A DNA stretch of 64,000 nt, taken from an uncultured Spirochaetota bacterium. GTDB lineage: Bacteria; Spirochaetota; Spirochaetia; Treponematales; UBA12059. Under the pieces are notes generated by a model. It saw only the letters and a list, made by a program, of their open reading frames with translations, was not told the origin of the DNA and searched no databases. The stretch lies in contig CALMRC010000051.1 of assembly GCA_937873275.1 (NCBI GenBank), forward strand, positions 1,057 through 65,056. Direction: 5' to 3'. Each line of letters starts with the position of its first letter. Positions within the stretch are counted from its first letter, which is position 1. This document shows, piece after piece, positions 58,480-64,000 of this stretch. Made by a program: the position numbers and the translations under genes.

Positions 58480-59391
58480 GTGTTGAAACGTCGCCGCAGG
58501 GACGGAACCCTGCTTCGGGACCTTCCCGCGTTCACCCGCATCATGCCCTACCTAATGCCGGACAAGGCGGGCTCGGTCATCTTCTACCAGGAAGACTACG
58601 ACGTCACCGAGTGCCTTACGTACATCAAGGACTGGAACCGCCGGAACTCCCGGACCGAGGGGGCCCTCCTTACCCTGTTCGAGGTCGTGATGGTCGCGGC
58701 GGCCCGGGCCGTCGCCCTGCGCCCCCGGATCAACCGCTTCATCGCCAACCGCCGCTACTACCAGCGGAACCAGATCCTCCTGTCCTTCGTGGCCAAGAAG
58801 GAGCTTTCCGACGACGGGAAGGAAGTCAACGTCAAGGTGCCCTTCGCACCGGAGGAAACCCTGGCGACCGCGGCCCGGAAGGTCCGGGACTACATCAAGA
58901 AGGGGATCTCCGAGGACGGCCACCAGAACGAGAAGGTGGTGGACTCGGTCATGCGCCTGCCGTCCTTCCTCCTGAAGTTCATCAACTTCGCCTACAACTG
59001 GCTGGACGACCACAATTTCCTGCCCTACTCGGTCACCGAGAGCGACCCGATGTGGTCCACGATCTTCCTGGCCAACGTAGGATCCTTCGGCCTGGACGCG
59101 CCGTTCCACCACCTCTTCGAGCGGGGGACCTGCCCCATCTTCATGGCCGTCGGGAAGGTCCGGGACGAGAACCGCCTCACCGAGGCCCCGGACGGGTCCC
59201 CGAAGGTGGAGACCCGGAAGATCCTCCGGGTGAACTACTCCTTCGACGACCGGATCGCGGACGGCATCTACATGGGCCGATCCCTGGAGCTCGTCCGGAA
59301 ATTCGTGGAGGACCCCGCCGCCCTCGACCGCCCCCCGGAGATCGCCCCGGAGATCCTGGCCGAGCTGGCCCTGCGTCCCGCGGGATCCTGA
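58480..59391 (+). CDS. stand-alone 2-oxoacid-dehydrogenase-acyltransferase (E2 catalytic domain)-like protein
   Basis: 303 aa with a GTG start and no lipoyl or subunit-binding domain. The E2 C-terminal block aligns as YSFDDRIADG, against the canonical SFDHRxxDG. Confidence 0.6.
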   Translation: MLKRRRRDGTLLRDLPAFTRIMPYLMPDKAGSVIFYQEDYDVTECLTYIKDWNRRNSRTEGALLTLFEVVMVAAARAVALRPRINRFIANRRYYQRNQILLSFVAKKELSDDGKEVNVKVPFAPEETLATAARKVRDYIKKGISEDGHQNEKVVDSVMRLPSFLLKFINFAYNWLDDHNFLPYSVTESDPMWSTIFLANVGSFGLDAPFHHLFERGTCPIFMAVGKVRDENRLTEAPDGSPKVETRKILRVNYSFDDRIADGIYMGRSLELVRKFVEDPAALDRPPEIAPEILAELALRPAGS

Positions 59392-59457
59392 CGGGCCGAA
59401 CCCGTCCATCGGGTTCCGGCCTTGCGGAACCGGGGCCGGCGGTCTAGAGTTAAGCTC

Positions 59458-60435
59458 GTGAAAACCTCATCCGCGCTCCGATCCTTCCCGGCCCTGCTCC
59501 TGGTTCTGGCCGCCTCGGCGGCGTGGGCCCAGGACGCCTCATCGTCCCCGGGAACACCCCTACCGCCCGCGGCGGACCCCGCCCGGGCCGTGGCCGTCAT
59601 CGGCAAGTACTGCTCGGCCTGCCACGGTTGGGCCACGACCTACCCGGAGATCGTGGCGGAGGACCGCGTCGTCCCGGGCCGCCCCTCGGAGAGCCGCCTC
59701 TTCGACTACGTGGAATCGGGATACATGCCCCCCTCGCCTCCGGCCCCGTCCCCCGCGGAGATCGAGCTCTTGCGGGCGTGGATCGCGGCGGGGGCCGCGG
59801 CGCCGGAAGCGGTCTCGGGGGCCACGGAGAGCGCGGACGCCGGGAGCTCCGCGTCCCCGTCCGCCCCGGGGGGAAGCGGCCGCTTCCTGGGCTTCAAGAA
59901 CAAGGTCGACTACCACCGGGCGGCGGGCTGGACCTCCTCAGGCCTCCTGCTGGCCGCCGGGGTGGTCGGGGCTGTGCGGGCCTACGACCTAATGTCCACG
60001 GCCCACGAGTTTCGGGACGCGAACGGCATCACCGAGGACACCATGAGCCCGGTCTGCAACGACATGATCCAGGACCTCTGGTCCGGGAACCAGGCCCTGC
60101 GGTGGACCCACGTGAGCCTCCTGGCAGCCGGGGAGACCCTCTACCTGGGGAACGCGATCACGGGGATGTCCATGGCCCGGAAGGCCAAACCGGGGGAGAT
60201 CAGCAAGTCCGACATCCACCGGTACGCCTTCTTCACCCACGCGGCCCTGATGGCCTCGGAGATCGTGATGGGCCTCTTTACCACGGACGCCCTCAAGCGG
60301 GGGGACCACGAGACGGTATCCAGCCTCGGGATCGCCCACGCGGCGGTGGGACTCGCCATCCCCCTGGTGATGATCGGGGCCGGCATCGTCATCGAGCTGC
60401 CGGCCCGCCCGAAGACAGCCCCCCCGGCGAAGTAG
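59458..60435 (+). CDS. secreted cytochrome-c-like (CxxCH) domain fused to a C-terminal multi-TM domain
   Basis: GTG 59458 with signal VKTSSALRSFPALLLVLAASAAWAQ. Heme-binding-type motif is CSACHG, followed by PGRPSESRLF...MPP. The C-terminal ~200 aa contain several hydrophobic helices. Confidence 0.5.
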   Translation: MKTSSALRSFPALLLVLAASAAWAQDASSSPGTPLPPAADPARAVAVIGKYCSACHGWATTYPEIVAEDRVVPGRPSESRLFDYVESGYMPPSPPAPSPAEIELLRAWIAAGAAAPEAVSGATESADAGSSASPSAPGGSGRFLGFKNKVDYHRAAGWTSSGLLLAAGVVGAVRAYDLMSTAHEFRDANGITEDTMSPVCNDMIQDLWSGNQALRWTHVSLLAAGETLYLGNAITGMSMARKAKPGEISKSDIHRYAFFTHAALMASEIVMGLFTTDALKRGDHETVSSLGIAHAAVGLAIPLVMIGAGIVIELPARPKTAPPAK

Positions 60436-60460
60436 GAAGTCCCCCGGGGCATAAAGGAAT

Positions 60461-60625
60461 CACCACGGAGGACACGGAGCTCACGGAGGAACACGGAGAA
60501 GACTCGACCTTGGCACCCTAGATCCAACAGGATGGACAGGATAAAAACAGATGAACAAGACAGGATTCGGAATAGATTCGATTCCTTATACCCATCTTGT
60601 TCATCCTGTAGATCCTGTTGGATCT
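60461..60625. mobile_element. variant/truncated CACGGAG element (four left-end repeats, no matching right end, internal long palindrome)
   Basis: Left end is CACCACGGAG GACACGGAG CTCACGGAG GAACACGGAG. It is followed by the AT-rich palindrome TAGATCCAACAGGAT...ATCCTGTTGGATCTA. Confidence 0.45.
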
Positions 60626-60655
60626 ATGGTTCCAAATCTCTTCTCCTGAGCAGGG

Positions 60656-62533
60656 TCACTGCCTGGATATAAGCCGGTTCATCCTTTTCACGAAGTCCGC
60701 GGGGTCCGCGGGGGAGGCGCCCTCCACCAGGAGAGCCTGCCCGAGCAGGACCTCCGCCGTATCGGCGACCAGGTCCTCGTCCTCGGTCCCGGCCAGGCGG
60801 GCGACCATGGGGTGGGACCCGTTGATCTCCAGGATGGGCTTCACGTCGATCCCCTCGCCGCGGCCCAGGGCCTTCATGAGCTTCTGCATCTGGAGACTGG
60901 GATCCGCCTCGTCCACCACCACGCAGGAGGGGCTCTCCGCCAGGCGCTTTGTCAGGCGCACGTCCTTGACCCGATCCCCCAGGGCCTTCTTGATCCGCTC
61001 CACCGCGGGCGCCAAGTCCTTCTCGGCCTTCTCGGACGCCTCGTCCCCCTTCGCGGCGGCGTCCAGGTCCTCCTCGGCCCCGGCGCGGTTCACCGCCTTG
61101 AGCTCGACGTCGCCGTAGCGGCCGATGGAGGGCACCACGAGCTCGTCGATCTCGTCCGCGCAGATCAGGACCTCCAGGCCCTGCCGGCGGTACATCTCCA
61201 AAAGGGGGCTCTTCCGGAGGCGCTCCTCGGAGTCCCCGGTGATGTAGTAGATCCCCTTCTGGTCCCCGGTCATGCGGGACTTGTAGTCCGAAAGGCTCGT
61301 CCAGCCCTCCACGGTGGTGCTCTTGAAGCGCACGAGCTCCAGCAGGGCGTCCCGGTTGCCGAAGTCGGAGTACAGGCCCTCCTTGAGCGGCCGGTTGAAC
61401 TCGTCCGCGAACTTCCCGTACTTCTCCTTGTCGGACTCCGCCAGGGACTTGAGCTCCCCGAGGATCTTCTTGACCGAGGCGTTTCGGATGTTCGTCATGA
61501 CCCGGTTCTGCTGGAGGATCTCCCGGCTGACGTTGAGCGGCAGGTCTTCCGAATCGATGACACCCCGTACGAAGCGGAGGTAGGTCGGCAGGAGCTCCTT
61601 CTCGTCGTCCGTGATGAAGACCCGGCGAACGTAGAGCTTGACGCCGGGCTTGTAGTCCGCGTGGTAGAGGTCGAAGGGGGCCTTGGCCGGCACGTAGAAG
61701 AGGGTCGAGTACTCGATGGTCCCTTCCGCCTTGGTGTGCATCCACAGCAGGGGATCCTCGTCGGTGTCCGCGAAATTCCTGTAGAACTCCACGTAGTCGG
61801 AGTCCTTCAGCTCGGACTTGGGGCGGAGCCAGAGGGCGCTGGCCGCGTTGACCTGCTCCTCCTTGCGCTCCGTCCCGGTCTTCTTGCCCTTCTCGTCGTA
61901 GGTGTCCTGGTCGTAGGCCAGGACGATGGGATAGGCGACGTGGTTGGAGTACTTCTTGAGTACCTCCTCGGTCCGCCACCGGGACAGGAACTCCTGCCCC
62001 TCCTCGTTGAGCTTGAGGGTGATGGTGGTACCATGGCCGTCCCGGGAAGCCGGGGCGATGTCGTAGCCCTCCTTGCCGTCGCTGGTCCACAGCCAGGCGG
62101 CCTCCTGCCCGGCCTTCCGGGTCCGGACCTCGACGGAGTCGGCCACCATGAAGCAGGAATAGAAACCCACCCCGAAGCGGCCGATCAGGTTGGAGGATTT
62201 CCGGGCGTCCTCCGCCAGGGCCTCCAGGAAACGGCGGGTCCCGGACCGGGCGATGGTGCCCAGGTTCTCCTCCAGGTCCTTCTCGTCCATTCCGATCCCG
62301 TTGTCCGAAACCGTCAGGGTCTTGGCCTCCTTGTCGAAGGAGACGCGGATCCCCGGCTCGAAGGCGATGGACTTGTAGGCCTCGTCGGATACCGTGAGGT
62401 ACTTGAGCTTGTCGAGGGCGTCGGAGGCGTTCGACACGAGCTCCCGGAGGAAGATCTCCTTGTGGGAGTATAGGGAATGGATGATGAGGTGGAGAAGCTT
62501 GCTCACCTCCGCCTGGAACGCTTTCTGGGCCAT
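60656..62533 (-). CDS. htpG: molecular chaperone HtpG (Hsp90)
   Basis: 625 aa. N-terminus is LLHLIIHSLYSHKEIFLRELVSNASDALDK, Hsp90-like throughout. AGGAG RBS. Confidence 0.95.
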   Translation of the reverse strand: MAQKAFQAEVSKLLHLIIHSLYSHKEIFLRELVSNASDALDKLKYLTVSDEAYKSIAFEPGIRVSFDKEAKTLTVSDNGIGMDEKDLEENLGTIARSGTRRFLEALAEDARKSSNLIGRFGVGFYSCFMVADSVEVRTRKAGQEAAWLWTSDGKEGYDIAPASRDGHGTTITLKLNEEGQEFLSRWRTEEVLKKYSNHVAYPIVLAYDQDTYDEKGKKTGTERKEEQVNAASALWLRPKSELKDSDYVEFYRNFADTDEDPLLWMHTKAEGTIEYSTLFYVPAKAPFDLYHADYKPGVKLYVRRVFITDDEKELLPTYLRFVRGVIDSEDLPLNVSREILQQNRVMTNIRNASVKKILGELKSLAESDKEKYGKFADEFNRPLKEGLYSDFGNRDALLELVRFKSTTVEGWTSLSDYKSRMTGDQKGIYYITGDSEERLRKSPLLEMYRRQGLEVLICADEIDELVVPSIGRYGDVELKAVNRAGAEEDLDAAAKGDEASEKAEKDLAPAVERIKKALGDRVKDVRLTKRLAESPSCVVVDEADPSLQMQKLMKALGRGEGIDVKPILEINGSHPMVARLAGTEDEDLVADTAEVLLGQALLVEGASPADPADFVKRMNRLISRQ

Positions 62534-62696
62534 GGTTCACTCCTAAGGATGCGGGAAGTAAAAGGTATGTATAGGAAAATACTGATTGAACTCCCGGGGC
62601 GGCAAGGGGCGAGCGGGGCGCGGCCGCGATCCGGCCCGGGCTTCGGACGTATCCGGAAGCTACGGAATGCGGCTGGCGCCCCCGGCCGGCAGGGCG

Positions 62697-62702
62697 TATA
62701 CT
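62697..62702 (+). promoter_or_regulatory. -10 box TATACT 6 nt before rex ATG (leaderless geometry)
   Basis: GCGTATACTTCCCCCATG with no SD. Confidence 0.45.
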
Positions 62703-62708
62703 TCCCCC

Positions 62709-63377
62709 ATGCCGGACCCCGTCGCTATCCCGATCCCCACCCTCCGCCGCCTGCCCGAGTACCTCCGGGTCTTCCGGGACCGGCGGGACGCGGGGGACTC
62801 CTGGCTCTCCTCCGAGGCGGTCGGGCAGATCCTGGGATTCGGGGCCGTCCAGGTCCGCCGGGACCTGGCGGCGGCGGGAGCCTCGGGCAGCCCGAAATGC
62901 GGATACCCCGTATCCGAGACGGTCCGGCGCCTCGAGGCCCTCCCGGGTATCCGCGGTCTATCGGCGGCGATCCTCGTGGGATCCGGACGGCTCGGGGAAG
63001 CGGTGCTCGCGGATCCCGGCATGGAACGGCACGGCCTCCGGATAGAGGAGATCTTCGACCTCTCCCCGGACCGGGTGGACCGGGTCCTGGACGGGCGGCG
63101 GGTCCTTCCCCTGTCGAGATTGCCCGAGACGGTTCGACGGACGGGATGCCGCCTGGCGGTCCTGGCCGTGGACCCCGACCAGGCCGGCGCCGCCTCCCTG
63201 GCCTTGGCCCGGGCCGGGATCGCCGGCATCCTCGATCTTTCGGGCGCCGCATCCCCCTTTCCCAAGGACCTTCTGGTCCGCCGATTTTGCTTCGCCTCCG
63301 GCCTGGCGGCCCTGGCCGGGGAGCTGGACGCCCGGGAACGCAAAAAAAATCTTGACGGCTTTCCAAGGCAGACATAG
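62709..63377 (+). CDS. rex: redox-sensing transcriptional repressor Rex
   Basis: Start ATG 62709. Contains IPTLRRLPEYLRVF, QVRRDLAAAG and Rossmann ILVGSGRLG. Confidence 0.8.
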   Translation: MPDPVAIPIPTLRRLPEYLRVFRDRRDAGDSWLSSEAVGQILGFGAVQVRRDLAAAGASGSPKCGYPVSETVRRLEALPGIRGLSAAILVGSGRLGEAVLADPGMERHGLRIEEIFDLSPDRVDRVLDGRRVLPLSRLPETVRRTGCRLAVLAVDPDQAGAASLALARAGIAGILDLSGAASPFPKDLLVRRFCFASGLAALAGELDARERKKNLDGFPRQT

Positions 63378-63693
63378 ACTCCTGATATATTTGTTGGCTT
63401 TTCGGGTGGTCCTACCCGAATTGAGACAAAGAGATTGACGGCAAAGGAGGCCGTTCAATAGACTCGGGTCCGGTTTCTTTATATAGAAACTGAGTCGGTC
63501 GTTGGACGATAGTCCGTCGTCGTTCTACATCGTGCGTTCCACGGCCAGGCGGTCATCCCTCAGGCGATCCCCCCAAGGAGGCGGCCGGAGATCGAGAGAC
63601 CATCCATCTCATCAGCTCACCCTGACGACAGAAGTGCGCGCGTCGCGCGCAAGAGAGTTCCGAACTCGGTGCATCGTTCCGGGAGGATTGAGT

Positions 63694-64000
63694 ATGAGAA
63701 ATCGCGCATTGTGGATCGTGGCGGCGCTCCTGGCCGTCGGCCTCCTCCTCGCAGGCTGCGGGGGCAAGAAGGAGCAGGTCATCAAGATCGCCACCCAGAG
63801 CCCGTTGTCCGGCGGCATGTCCGCGGTCGGCACGGACATCAAGAACGGCGCCCAGCTGGCCATCGAGCAGCTCTCCGGTCCCCTGACGGCCATGGGCTTC
63901 AAGATCGAGCTCGCGGCCTTCGACGACCAGGGCAACCCGGACACCGGCGTGGCCAACGCCAAGAACATCGTCTCCGACCCGGCCATCCTTGCCATCGTCG
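63694..64000 (+). CDS. amino-acid (LivK-type) ABC substrate-binding lipoprotein, N-terminal fragment
   Basis: ATG 63694 behind GGGAGG. Lipobox is LLLAGCGG, followed by IKIATQSPLSGGMSAVG. It runs off the window. Confidence 0.75.
   Translation, partial: MRNRALWIVAALLAVGLLLAGCGGKKEQVIKIATQSPLSGGMSAVGTDIKNGAQLAIEQLSGPLTAMGFKIELAAFDDQGNPDTGVANAKNIVSDPAILAIV

Overview
This is a 64-kb chromosomal segment from an unidentified, very GC-rich bacterium. Third codon positions are almost all G/C, so every strand carries long spurious ORFs. I support about 67 protein genes and one tRNA-Cys. The housekeeping and transport backbone contains rhomboid, secDF-yajC, carbamate kinase, ispH, valS, ahcY, rlmE, tcdA, htpG and rex. 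It also holds a YesM/YesN-like two-component pair beside a CUT1-type sugar ABC operon, a BMP-type nucleoside ABC importer, a LivKHMGF-type amino-acid importer and a SpoIIE/STAS/kinase partner-switching module. The standout is a ~6.5-kb bacterial microcompartment (BMC) locus at 25.8-32.0 kb. It encodes 2 BMC-H, 1 tandem-domain BMC-T and 4 divergent BMC-P shell genes around an acylating aldehyde dehydrogenase, RpiB and a DeoC, with a divergent DeoR regulator. DeoC and the dehydrogenase both carry encapsulation-peptide-like N-termini. This is a sugar-phosphate (deoxyribose-5-P) type metabolosome that, to my knowledge, is known only from comparative genomics. The window has no phosphotransacylase or alcohol dehydrogenase for cofactor recycling. 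The locus sits next to a second, tag-less deoC. It is bracketed by stacked relics of that gene's last ~10-13 codons, which keep the peptide but differ synonymously. That is the footprint of island integration into a gene 3' end. A similar stack of 3'-end relics follows tRNA-Cys. Other signals are two families of AT-rich, MITE-like elements whose inverted ends are triple short tandem repeats (CACGGAG 9-mers; GGTGGAC 7-mers), a 36-bp tandem array, a triple-hairpin intergenic region, a recurrent leaderless-mRNA geometry (TATACT-N6-ATG), and a TetR-controlled pair of KAS III-like enzymes with altered catalytic triads. No integrase, transposase, CRISPR array or rRNA was seen. All calls rest on reading the sequence and ORF translations by eye. 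No database search was run.
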